A DNA stretch of 60,000 nucleotides from Lytechinus pictus (Eukaryota). Positions 14,090-26,324 of this stretch are shown here, one piece after another. The translations under genes and the position numbers were made by a program. Each line of letters begins with the position of its first letter. The stretch's first letter is position 1. The stretch lies in the NCBI RefSeq assembly GCF_037042905.1, contig NC_087252.1, positions 6,946,001 through 7,006,000 on the forward strand, given 5' to 3'. The notes under the pieces were generated by a model. It did not search any database and was not told where the DNA came from. It worked only from the letters and a program-made list of their open reading frames with translations.

Positions 14090-15480
14090 CAGTGGCGTAG
14101 CTACGGGGGGGCCTGGGGGGCACATGCCCCCCCCCCTGAGATTTGGTGTGCCCCCCCAGGTGCCCCCCCCCCCCCCTGAAAAAAATTGGCACAGTAAAAA
14201 AAAAAAAGGAGAAAGAAGAAAAAAGGGAAAAGAAGAAGAAAGACAGAAGAAAAAAAGAAGAAGAAAATAAGAGGAGGAAGACGAGTGAATGAAATAATGT
14301 GAAGGGAAGACTTGCAAAAAAAACAAATCTTTCATGTTACTATATAAAACTTTTGCTTGCGCTTCGCGCCAGAATTGCCTGTTCAATGAAATTCATATCT
14401 TGCTCAATAGGCTGATATGGAGCAAGTTTTGAAGTCAAAATACAAAATATATTTTAGCTCGGACATCGAGCTCTCACCAATTTTTTTTAATTAACAAATT
14501 TAAGTGTTCTAGCTGTAAAATGTCCCTTTTATAGTCTACATATCAGCATTTTTAAGCTCACGCTGCGTGGTCAAATTGTTTGATTTGCCAAGTTCTTATT
14601 GTCTACGTGTATTTCATAATGTTCCATTAAACAAATGTATTCAGGCTGCCCAGATTCTAGGTCTAAATCTAAAACATGCGCGATAGCCTGCATGTTCTTT
14701 ATATTAAATGTACTTAAATTATCCAGTTTCACATCAGAATATCAATAATTGTCTGCTCACGCTTCACGATCGCATTATTAATGATACCCAATTAACTATA
14801 TCCTATTTATGATTTACAAAATATGAATAGAGTGTCCCGCTTTTAGGTCTAAAATCTCAATTTTCTTCCTCTCGCGCTTCGCGCTCGCATCAATTGTTCA
14901 GTTACATACCTATCCCATTTATTAATACAAAAAGTACTTAGAATGACAATTTTTTAGGTCGGAATGTCAAAAAAAAATTTCTCGCGCTTCGCGCTCGCAT
15001 TATTGAAATATATACCGTCTTCGTGGGTAACTGTAAGCAGTCCTTAACAGGTCCCTTTTCGATAATGCTAGAACAGTTAATAAAAAATTCTGCTCGCGCT
15101 TGGCCTTCGCAGTAACCATCTAGTTACATACAAATGTTGTTCAGGATCACACATAACATTGCACAGAATATTACATTTTCAGGACAAAATACATGAAAGT
15201 AACAACAACAAAAAAACGCTCGCGCTTCGCGCTCGCACTTTTTATAAGGCTTATGAGATTATTTCATGTTTATGTTGTTCTATAAGAATAAAACTAAGAA
15301 GTGACTGATCGGGGGAAATATTATAGGTGAAGATAATTTCGGGCCCCGTCCCATATTGGCGAAAGTCGGATCCGCCCTTGTGACACATACACACACAACG
15401 GAAAAAATGGTGCCCCCCCCCTGAAAAAGCAAGGACCCCCCAGTGCCCCCCCCCCCCAGGAAAAAAATCCTAGCTACGAT
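14090..15480. mobile_element. hAT-like non-autonomous element with GCGCTCGC array
   Basis: CAGTGGCGTAGCTA left end and CCTAGCTACG right end; interior similar to 41636-43489. Confidence 0.7.
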
Positions 15481-17989
15481 TTTTATCGGCAACATATTTG
15501 CATCACATCACCATAAATTAAATACATCAGAATAGGCGTATACCCATTGAACCTCGCCAGAATGGGCTTGCCCAAAAATTTCAAACACAAATTTCTTTTT
15601 TTCCCCGAAAGTCATCACCGCTTGGAAGTAGGCGACTTTCCCGCCCCAAAATATTCTTATTCCTACAATAGTGCAATCCGTCACGAACACCATGCACGAT
15701 TGGCCTTTGATAACTGATCTCCAAAATAGTTGAACCATATTCCAACACTTTCTACGATCAATATACGATCGCCTTGACTGATCTGATACTTTCTGATACG
15801 ATTAATTATTCCGCGATTATATGCCTCTTGGAAGCGGGGGGGGGGGAGCTGGGGATGCGGCATGTATTATTTTCCATGGGCAGCACCCCCTGGAATTCTG
15901 ATAGGTGTCAAATTTGAGAAATGTATGGAATGACCAATGATGTTTTTCTTTTGCTTTGTCAATTTTTTTTCTGCAGGTAACCCCACCAAAAAAAAAATCG
16001 TGACAGTGTGAACTGAGCACATTTTTTTTCAATCATAAAAAATGATTATTATATTATTTTCCCCATGAGTTGTGAAATTTTGACACGCCGGGATCTCCTT
16101 GGTCCCAATCCCAATATGAAGAATACATTTCCTCGGCTATAAAACAACAGTTATCATTCGTTTTTCCTATATTTATAGCAGGAAAATGGGAGTCCCAATT
16201 CCCGGTTCCACTTTCATTGCTAAATAAGTCTACGTTATGCCAATCAAGATGTGAGTGATGTCTTTGTCCTGCTCACGTCGCCACGCACCATTCACATTTT
16301 TTTCAACAGTTGAACTGCTCGTGCACACACTGTATGCGTGTATCCCGGAGGCCTATCTTCCTCTCATTTGTTGCAATAAAAGTTCATCTTTCCATCTATT
16401 TTTAATTGTTTATTGTTTATTTAATAAGGGGTAGCCCATTCAACAACAGCTCCCATGGGGCGCCCCTATGTATTATTCGTCATTGGTATCCATTTGTCTT
16501 TTTCCATCCATTATTGGGGTTAGGCCTATACATTCATCGGATGATCCATTCATATATATGCCTATTCATCCATCTATTCATTATTTCAGTCATCCATCCA
16601 TCCATCCACTGATGGATTGATTAGGCCTATAGGCTACCCCCACCCTCCCCATACTGGAGAAATACTCTGCGACCCATTCTCTGGAAATCCTTATTGATAC
16701 ACGTTTCAAAGCAGACGTAAATTACTATCCCCTCGGACGTTGCTTCTCCAAGTTTGCTTAGTCTTCTTTCACGTACTTCGTTGCCCTGTTTCAAACGGCA
16801 TGACTTGTAAAGTTCTGTTGTAAAACATGCCGGTCGGCCCCCGGGGTCGGCTCCGAAATTCACCCCTCTGCATACCTAGAGCGCAACGGTTCTACCATAG
16901 ACCATAGCGCCGCGCAATATTGAATATACTCAACTTCTCATTACTCCACATCTAGCTACAAGCTTTCTTGTGTGGCTGCAAGAATAAGAGTTTTCTGAGA
17001 AATCTTGCCCCTTACGTCTACCCCCCCCCCTAATTTTTTTTGCTTTCGCTCATGACGCCTCTGCTCTGCTTGTAAAGATTGACCAAATAACACTGTATTC
17101 TAAATTTGCAATTTGATGCATTATGGTCGCATACGTAACACACACTGTCACGGTCTACACGATGTAGACTACGCTACATACTTCGCATCAACATGTTTCT
17201 CAGCTCACCTTTTGACCTCGCAAGTTCAGTCTAAACAACGAAGAATAATCCTACTTTCATGTCAATACTGTGTGTCCTCCATGGTCCCATCAACTTTTAT
17301 CTTCCTTTTATGTTTTACTATTTTGTATCCCGCCCTGAAAATAATCGTTTTTCTCTTCGCCCTTCCCTTTCTTCATACTCGGCCCTAGACAGAATGGGGA
17401 TGGCCGTCTCTATATATATATATACATATGAAAATTTTTCATCTCGCTCTTTGCGCTCGCTTCAATATTGTTTAGTTAAAATTAGATGACAATCCTGTTC
17501 ATGATTACCACATGTGCTTAGAATGTCAAAATTTTAGGTCAGAATATCAATCACTTGGGCTTAAAAAGTGATTGATATTCTGAACTAAAATTCTGACATT
17601 CTAAGCACTTTTGATAATCATGAACAGGAGTGTCATCATAGATATCTCTGATTGTCATCTACCTAACAATATTGATGCGAGCGCAAAGAGCAAGGTGGCC
17701 GTCAAATCAAACTCGGCCCTTGCCCTTAATATTCTTTGGGATTCTCGTATCTCTTTTAGTCTTGGAGTACTTTCAGATTTATGACATTAGATTCCGAAAG
17801 TAAGCCGTATTGGGCAATCCTTCGCTTCGTCATTCACGTTCGATAATCCAAGTGTCTGAATCTTTATTCACGTACGATACAATCATGGAGCTATAGCTCC
17901 ATATAATATGCTTGTCCAGTGTGTGCTATCGCTAATAGTGGATTATGTTTAAGGTAAACGTGCATGCAGAGCGCAAGCATATCGCTAGC

Positions 17990-18271
17990 TAGTCCACCTC
18001 CTGGACTGTTGGTATTTTGTACGATACGACTACCAAACACAACACACTACATCCCCATAACACGCATACACACACCCCCTGTATAGTCACACGAAACAAC
18101 ATTCTTTTTCGTGGAAAGTGAATCAGTGGGTTAGGTGAATCACTGGGGGTAAGTGAATCAGTGGAGGGCGTGTGTGTGTTGGTTATGTGTGCGCGTGGGG
18201 GTACCGGTACGGTCCGATAAGGTTTGCCCCTGGTGTGCCCAATCAATAAAAATCGTCCAGGACGTGGACTA
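17990..18271. mobile_element. 282-bp non-autonomous TIR element with 9-bp TSD (AcademH-like termini)
   Basis: TIR TAGTCCAC(C/G)TCCTGGAC; perfect TSD ATCGCTAGC at 17981-17989 and 18272-18280. Confidence 0.85.
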
Positions 18272-19739
18272 ATCGCTAGCCGGCTAGCATCGGCTCATTG
18301 AGCTTGCACGCAACGTTCGGTGTTTGCTTCTACTCAGCTACTTCTGCACACAGCGCTGCACTTTGTTGATACGGGGATTTCTTGATACGGCGCATGCGCC
18401 ATGACGTATTTCATCAATATGCATGAGGTTGTAATGAATATGCATGATTCGAACGGTGTTCTAATATCAATTTATTTGTTAACTCGAGAGGGCGGAAACA
18501 AAATATATCGGTTAAACGATATATTATAATATATATTTCACCCCTCAATATCATGAAAACAGAAGAGTTATACCAATTTCTTTTGAGTGATAAAGTAGAG
18601 CATTGATATAGATATTTAATGAAAATAATATCTTTACAATTGATTCACTGACCTTGTCTGAGATCAACCAATCATACACTATACCTTTAAGACTGAGACA
18701 ATATGTTATCCTGGGGAAATGGTTGCCCGTCCAAAAATTGAACAAACTATTTCTTACAGTTTCTAATAAATCGTTGATCTATCTATGCCTAATAGTGCCA
18801 AGCTGTTCCGGTCATAGTCATTTCATCTTTCCATTTCCCTTTTTTTTTTTGGGGGGGGGGGGGCTCCAAACTTGTTTCAGATGCGAGTAATAATAAATAT
18901 TCCAAGTTGACGTGAATTCTACGAATGGCTTGGGCCTACGAAACGAAAATGTGTGGAATCTTATTTTCCAACCTAAAACATCCTGAATTGACTCTCTTCC
19001 AATTGCAAAAAAAAAAAGGTTTTCATGGTTATTGCAGCAAATTCGAAAGATCAGTAACGATTTATGACACGTGCGTGATTTTTGATTAAGCTACCGTGGC
19101 TTTACTGCACCCGAACTTCCATTAAAGATGCGAACCACAGTGACCCGAACTCTCCGATCCGACAGTAAATATGAAGGCACGCCTTTGTTTTGGTCGTAGA
19201 GGGAGCTATTTAGAATAGATTCTTCGGTCTTTCGACAGAAATTTAGACTTGCAGGAAAGACGAACAAAAGAACGGTGGCATCAATGGGCCTTTGATGGCG
19301 GCCGTTCCTTTGAAGACAAGGGAACGTTGGGCGGGAAAGCCGAAGCGAAAACCCGGATGCGGTAAAAACGATCAAGAACGGTGCATGGACTTTTGACAAG
19401 CTCCCTAAATAGGTTTGCACAGAAATGCTCAATTTCACTCTGTGTCAAGGAAAAGGGCGAATACAAACTGACCGTGTGGTACATTTCCAATATATTTCTG
19501 TTCATTTTTAGCGAATTTGGATAAAACAGATACATTCAAATATTTGTTTAACATCATTGCCACCCAAATTAGCATTTTAACCCCAGATAAGCAGAACCTT
19601 TACCTTTTTTGTGTCAGCTGGATCTGAGGAAACAACTGAATGTAAACGAAAGTTTATTTCAGATATCTCCAGTATTCTTTCACTGAGTTTTTATCGTTTA
19701 TGGTTGGACCATATTTTATGTTTCAATCAATAAGCTTGG

Positions 19740-20835
19740 CAATGATTATCAAAATAAATATAAATATAAAATATTATGCTCGAATGAGAAGTATAGATGA
19801 AGATTCTTTGCTACATCACTCCTTTGAAGAAAACAAAGAGATAATTGCGAATAATTGCGAATGCTGGCTAGGAAATCTGCAACACCTACTTAAGGGATTT
19901 AACATATATTTGGATGTGAATAAGAATTGTTTAGAACTAGGTGAGATAGTTGATAGTGATAGAGTAGTAGAAGAAGAAATAAAAACAAAGTTGAAATTAT
20001 TTTCAATCGCCAGTTCTAATTGGATTTACGTAAGATCGAGCAAATGATGTTGAACAAAATAAATTAAGAACTTGTAAACTTTTTAAACATAATATACAAA
20101 CGGATAAATATCTATTAACTGTTAAAAATCAGAAAATACGGAAAAACATCTGTCGATTTAGAATTAGTTACCATAATTTACCCATTGAAACTGGAAGACA
20201 TAGACGTCCAGATAGAATACCCTCACATTTAAGAACGTGCAATAATTGTAATTCAGGAAGGGTTGGGGATGAGTATCACACGATAATAGAATGTAATGTA
20301 CACACAACTGAAAGGGTGGTGTTTTTTGACAAAATAGCTGAAATATATAAACAGATTAAGAACCTTAGCGATGAAGACAAATTTATATTCATAATGAAAC
20401 TTGATAATGAAAACATAATTGATAATTTTTGTAAGTTCTTCAAAGCGATTATAAATAAAAGGGGTGAGTTTTAACATCAAGTACATTTTTCTTTTTAAAT
20501 TTCATTCAAGCTATCTAAAATCCACCAAAGCCACCATTACCAAAGATATATCTCTAACGTTATACATTTATTTACTTCCTGATTTGTATTCGATAATTAG
20601 ATAACTTATGTATATTGCATTATGCTACACCTTCTTTATGTTAAATTTCAATTCGTCATTTTTCTTTGTATAAAGATGTATATCTTTATAATAATTCGAA
20701 ATCTATGTATCGATGTATTACTGATTTATACGACATACAGTTATGAATGTTTTTGTTTATGTTATCATTGTATATGTTTTAAAACAAAATATTCATGCTA
20801 TATGAATATGGTTTGTTAATAAATTCAAATTCAAA
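19740..20835 (+). mobile_element. 5'-truncated, decayed non-LTR retrotransposon (RTEX-like ORF2 C-terminus plus 3' UTR)
   Basis: Translates LRTCKLFK...CRFRISYHNLPIETGRH...RTCNNCNSGRVGDEYH; ends AATAAA(TTCAAA)2. Confidence 0.8.
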
Positions 20836-21219
20836 ACTAAAATCAAGCTTAAGCCATTTCATGTGAATCACAGTTCCGTGTAAACCAAATATCATCACCA
20901 TTGCCTCGGTGTGTGTGTGGGGGGGGGCAATAACGCTCTATTGAGTGTTTAGGCAAGGAAACAAGCTAAAATGTTCATGTGTTCTTCATGATTAACGTCT
21001 ACTTTTATTCAAATAACTATTTAAAAGTTCTGCGCAAATCATTTTCCACGATTTTTTTCAAAAGTAAGTGGTGCTCACTCAAGCGGAAATGTTTTTTGAC
21101 AATTATATCGTCATTTGTTAAAGAGATATGTACCAATGTTTGAATGTGGAAATATTACGAAAATATAATTTTTTAACATTATGTCTAAGTGTAAACTTTG
21201 TTTTGATCGGAACTGTAGT

Positions 21220-21400
21220 GTTCGTGGAAGAATTTGATGTTTAAAAATATATTAGGTTGGAGCCTCATATTTACACACGTTTAAAGTTAGGACGTGCAGT
21301 GATGATGTATATGCATAGATCAATGCCTGACATGGCACCAACATACCTAAAGTATGTTTTACAACATGTCAGCTCAGCTCCTCAGTGCATCTTACCTATT
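21220..21400 (+). mobile_element. Very decayed CR1/L2-group LINE ORF2 C-terminal remnant
   Basis: LGW...RLKLGRAVMMY...MAPTYL resembles the L.W..L..R....MYK....AP.YL pattern. Confidence 0.4.
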
Positions 21401-22435
21401 TCTGAACTTCCTCAGGTAAATTTATCAAATTCGGAAGTTGCTCTCTCTCTCTTCCGAGACTACCTACTGATAAGTCGAACCTATGACCAGACGGCATTCA
21501 CCGTAATGTCCTCTCCTGCTGTTTCACACCCGCTGACTCTTCTTTTTAATGCATCAATAACTTGTGGTCATAGTTCTTCTTTTTGTTTTATATGCAATAC
21601 TTTGTTGTGTGTTGGGGTGTGCATGTGCGTGTGGGTGATTTCTGAGCCTAGGGTATGAATTTAATTTGCTTGTATCCAAATTCATATTCATAATTACGCA
21701 TGCATAAACCCTATTTTGTCACTCGAATAAACACTGTGTTTGAGAACTATTGATGGTTAGGTTTTGGGGTATGAATGTTGATGTAAAATGAAGATGCGTA
21801 GAATTATTGATAATGTAGTCATAAAAACCAATACTGTATTTTCATTCATTGAATTTCGATATTTTCAGACAGTTCTCAATTATCTTTTAAATTTGAAGAC
21901 CCCCTCCTTTTGATCCAATGATTATTCACCTCCTCGTTATTTCAATCATGAATTCTTTTAGTTTATGTTTGCCAGTGGTTAACTTGAGTAGGACAAGATT
22001 GTAATTCCTCTTCTTTAAATGGTAAAACAATAATATCATTCGATATGAAACGGTATTTGACTAAATGCCACAATTGTCTTATGTCATTATATTGAAATAA
22101 TTTTCACCTATCATCACAATAACACTAATTTCTCGTACACTTACAAACGCTTAAGCGACATTTATTTCTTTTCCCATCCGTTTATTGCATAATCTATATA
22201 ACACGATCTTTAAAATACAGCACGTAAGACATGTTTTTCTCATGATTTTCTCTGTTAAAGATCAATATTTACAAAAACCAATCCAAATCAATTACAGTTC
22301 ATCACACTACCTCTATATTTTCATTTATCATCTATATATGTTGGGCACAGCTATATATCATAACAAAATAATATATTACCATGATTAGAGACTCGTTGCA
22401 GATTTTTACCAGATTTTAAAGCGGTGTTTTATATA

Positions 22436-24478
22436 CACAACAAAAAAGTAAGTCCCCCCTAATTCAAATTGCTGTAACTTTTGAACGGAGTTATTTTGAG
22501 ATATTATATTTCGTAGGTGATTTTTTTACACTCATTGAGCAACTCCTGGGTAAAAATGAGATTGATCGGTTGAGTCATGCATGAGTAATTAAAGATTGAA
22601 TTAAAAATGACAATTTTTGAAAGTCACAAGAGTCGTTTTTCAGATTGTGCAAATACAAAGTTGGGCAAAAGTTGTTTTTAGGTGAATTTTATGGTGTTAT
22701 GCTGTTTTGCTATCAATCATTTAGCCACTCCACACACAATTTTGATATCGTATGTTCATGGTTGAGTGCGCACAATATCACAGGGGCCGCGGAAGCGGGG
22801 TGGGGGCCCCCACTTTTTTCTAAAAGCATGTACAAAAATGTAAAAATGACCAAACGATTGTGATTTTTTTCATGGTCAGCCCCCCCCCCCCCCCCCCACT
22901 TTTGGCTCAGCTCCTCCCCCGCACTTTGAAAACCGTTCCGCGGCCCGTGTATTGTGACATATCATCATAGGGGTTTTGGTAGTATCCTCTACAACATATT
23001 AAAATTTGAAAATGTTGGTGGCTCCCCCAATTATAGGCCCCTCCCCCATTTTTAAATTCTGGATCCACCACTGATTTGTCCATAAATTTAACTGATCAAG
23101 ACAAATTGTTAGGAAAAGAATACATTTATGCAGTATAAAGAGTATTCATTCCTAAGTTTTCGAATGTGCTCGCTCAACCATGAAAATGTTTAAAGTTCGG
23201 AAAGTGTGTGGGGATAGAAATGATGGATGATAAGAACAACAGCAATTAAAGTCACAATTGAAACCGAATTTGCCCCCAATATTCACCTTATTATCCTTTA
23301 AAATGAGTCTGTGACATTGAAAATACCCATTTTCCCACTTTGACGCGTGCTCACTCATCCGTAAATAAACAAATCGATTTCATTTTTGCACAAAATTCTG
23401 CCCATAGGGTGATAAACATTACTGCCAAATGACATTGCTTAAGACAGCCTTGAAAAAAAGTTCCACCATATTGAATAAGGGGTTACTTATATGCACCCAT
23501 AATGTACACAAGTCTATGAGAGAGGAAGTCAAAATTTTAACAAATATGAAATAAGGGGTTTGTTTCATGGACGGTTTTTGTTACTTCTGCCAACAGTTAT
23601 TTCATGAAACTTCGCACATGGCTTCAGAGTAACACTATCCAAAAGTTGCGCACACCCATATAACAATTCAATACGGCACAGAGTGGGGCAAAGGCCTTGA
23701 ACTTTCTTCTCATTTGCATAATTTTCGAATATTGTGTGCTCACTGATGCATTAAACGTCGGGATTTTCATAAAAATCAAATCAAATGAACCATGCAAGGA
23801 GGTTTGTGACAGATATCCATAGTTACAAATTGCATTTTTTCCAATAACGTAAAAAAGAGCTAATCACATTCCACATGTTCATTCAAGCGTGAATGCTTAA
23901 TTAAACGCCTTTGAATCATTGAAGCATGTTAATTGGTCATGAACATAACCAAAAAAATTGATAAAAGATCAGTTTCAGTTACCAAAATAAAACAATACTT
24001 GCCTATGATATTTGAAAATCGTATTTTCTGTTTTCAATAAATGTTCATTGGACCGTGAAACGATGAATATTGTTGAAGATACTCTTCCCAAAAATAACTG
24101 TTATCATATTCTATCATTTCTATTGATGAAAATGTGTAAAAAATCCTATTATAGCAAATTGTGTTTATTCAACCTTAAAATTTAGCCAAAAAATTGTATT
24201 GCCTTTAAGAAAGTACCTTTTACAAGCCTTCTGACTATTTTTCATGATGAGAATGTGGAATCAGTTCCAATAAAATGGAATCAAAGTCATGATTTTTGGC
24301 TTGTGACTTTTGAAAAGTGACATGTTTGCCTTATGACGGTGCTCACTGAAGCATAACATTTACTCAGAGGGTAGTTTATAAAATTACCTACACGCTCATG
24401 TAAAAATATATCAAAAACTCGCATTGGTTCGGAAATTATTGATGTTTGTTCAAGGGGGGACTTACTTTTTTTGTTGTG
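22436..24478. mobile_element. ~2-kb non-autonomous Tc1/mariner-type element with a nested hAT-like MITE (22780-22949)
   Basis: TA|CACAACAAAAAAGTAAGTCCCCCC ... GGGGGGACTTACTTTTTTTGTTGTG|TA. Confidence 0.8.
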
Positions 24479-25835
24479 TATAGATGTAGTCTTGATCATT
24501 GAGTAGTTCAAGGCATTGAGAAAGGTAAAAACCAATAACTTGATTACCAACATTAAATCTGGTCAATTTACGATGAAAATAGTAGTAAAGTATACATTCA
24601 ACATATTATCATTCATTTAAAAAAAAAAGGTTAGAAAATTTGGGCAAAATGCAATTAATAAAGAGCACATTTCACATTCGACATGTTCGATAAGTCACGT
24701 AAAGATGTAGATAAGGGAAGACTTATAAATGGATAGGCCTATGCACTCTCCCTCCCCTTTTCAATTAAAAATCACACCTTTATACGCTGCATAATCAATG
24801 TAAAATCAATGTAAAAAAAAATAAAGATCCAAGGCACATACAGTTTTTTTTTGAGAAATTCAGGTAAAAATGAGTTAATTAAAATAATAATGTGAATTTC
24901 TCTGTTTCATGCAACTTGTTCTGTCTGTTTCACTTTTTAATTGGTACATCTTCAGCTCAGATATTACACAGTACTTCACCACCTTTTATACACATGCATC
25001 TTCATCAACAGCACCGACACTTATTACGCATGCCCCCCTCCCCCAAAAAAAACGCACATCATCACTCACCGCATTCCTCAATGCAATGATAATCTGATTT
25101 GTTAACTCCGCTTTCATTTGTTTTGGTATAGCGCTTACCGTTCTTACATCCTTTCGAAACAATAATTTACATGAATGATCTGTTTCATATAGTCAGACGT
25201 CCTGTTCAGCTTTAATACTTGCTTTACATAGGTGTCCAACATACATTTCACATGAAGATATAGCAATAAGGTTACATAATAAACTACCAACGCCACACAT
25301 TTAGTGTGGATAATGGATAAACTAAATATTATGTAGACATCAACCCTGGCATGAAGATTTAAGGTATTTTACAGTTTTCTTAAGGTGATGCCGTATAGTA
25401 ACACCAACGAAACCTACACAACCGATTGTACGTAAATTTGAATAAAGTCAATCAGGGTCCCGTACATGAAGCCTAGCAATCATTGTAGAATACTTTTTAA
25501 CGATTGATTGCATTGACTACAATGTACAATCATGTGTAAAATCAAGAGTAAATTTATTGTTTACCTTTTTGTTACGGGACCTTGAATTTGGTTTCGGTGA
25601 GGATTAAAATAAAACGAAACAAAAACAGATTACTACTAGGAAAATTCAATTATATTTTTATATGCCTTCTGACACTAAATATACCACTACATAGCATAAT
25701 ATATTTTAAAAGAAATCAAACTACAAATTTAATCTAATCAATGGACCAATGGTATCCAGAGAAGAATGAAATGCGTGAATTAATTATACATAAATCTAAC
25801 ACATCTGCATTGAGCTTCCGTATAAAACATATATT

Positions 25836-26238
25836 GGGCGATTCCATGCTAGAAAAATCGGCTATTTTCGCAACATTTTTCAACCTATTGTACAAACAAA
25901 CGAAGAACTTCAATTTGTTTTGTGGTAATAATAGAGTACTACTGGGTAGACATATGAAAAAATGACAACTAACAAAAATATGCTGTCCATGGGTGAATTA
26001 TCACCCATAAAAAAATGTTTTGTGTCGTACGGGACATTTCTGAGTCCCGTACGACATACAACATTTTCGCCCTTAATTCAGCCATAATCAAATATTTTTT
26101 GTTTGTAATCAGTTTTTCACATGACTACCCTCTATAACTTTATTATTGACCAAAAATATGTTTTCATTGCTCAAGCAATCAGCTAAGAGACTAGAAATTG
26201 TTGACAAAATGTCCCGTACGACACGTATGGAATCGCCC
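25836..26238. mobile_element. 403-bp MITE immediately 3' of the RTK stop codon
   Basis: 12-bp TIR GGGCGATTCCAT; TATT on both flanks; internal GTCGTACGGGACA repeats in both orientations. Confidence 0.7.
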
Positions 26239-26264
26239 TATTGTGAGGCATTGTTTTATGCTCA

Positions 26265-26324
26265 TCACATCTCCAGAGTAGAGGCATATAACCCATCATC
26301 CAAGTCATTAAGAGACAAGTAACT
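26265..26324 (-). CDS. Terminal coding exon SYLSLNDLDDGLYASTLEM*
   Basis: ttcacag acceptor, phase 0; YLxL tail motif as in FGFR/RET; TGA TGA. Confidence 0.85.
   Translation of the reverse strand, partial: SYLSLNDLDDGLYASTLEM

Noticed and set aside
15500..15830. Coding-like minus-strand ORFs 15508..15738 and 15681..15863
   Set aside because: No recognisable domain or consistent splice sites
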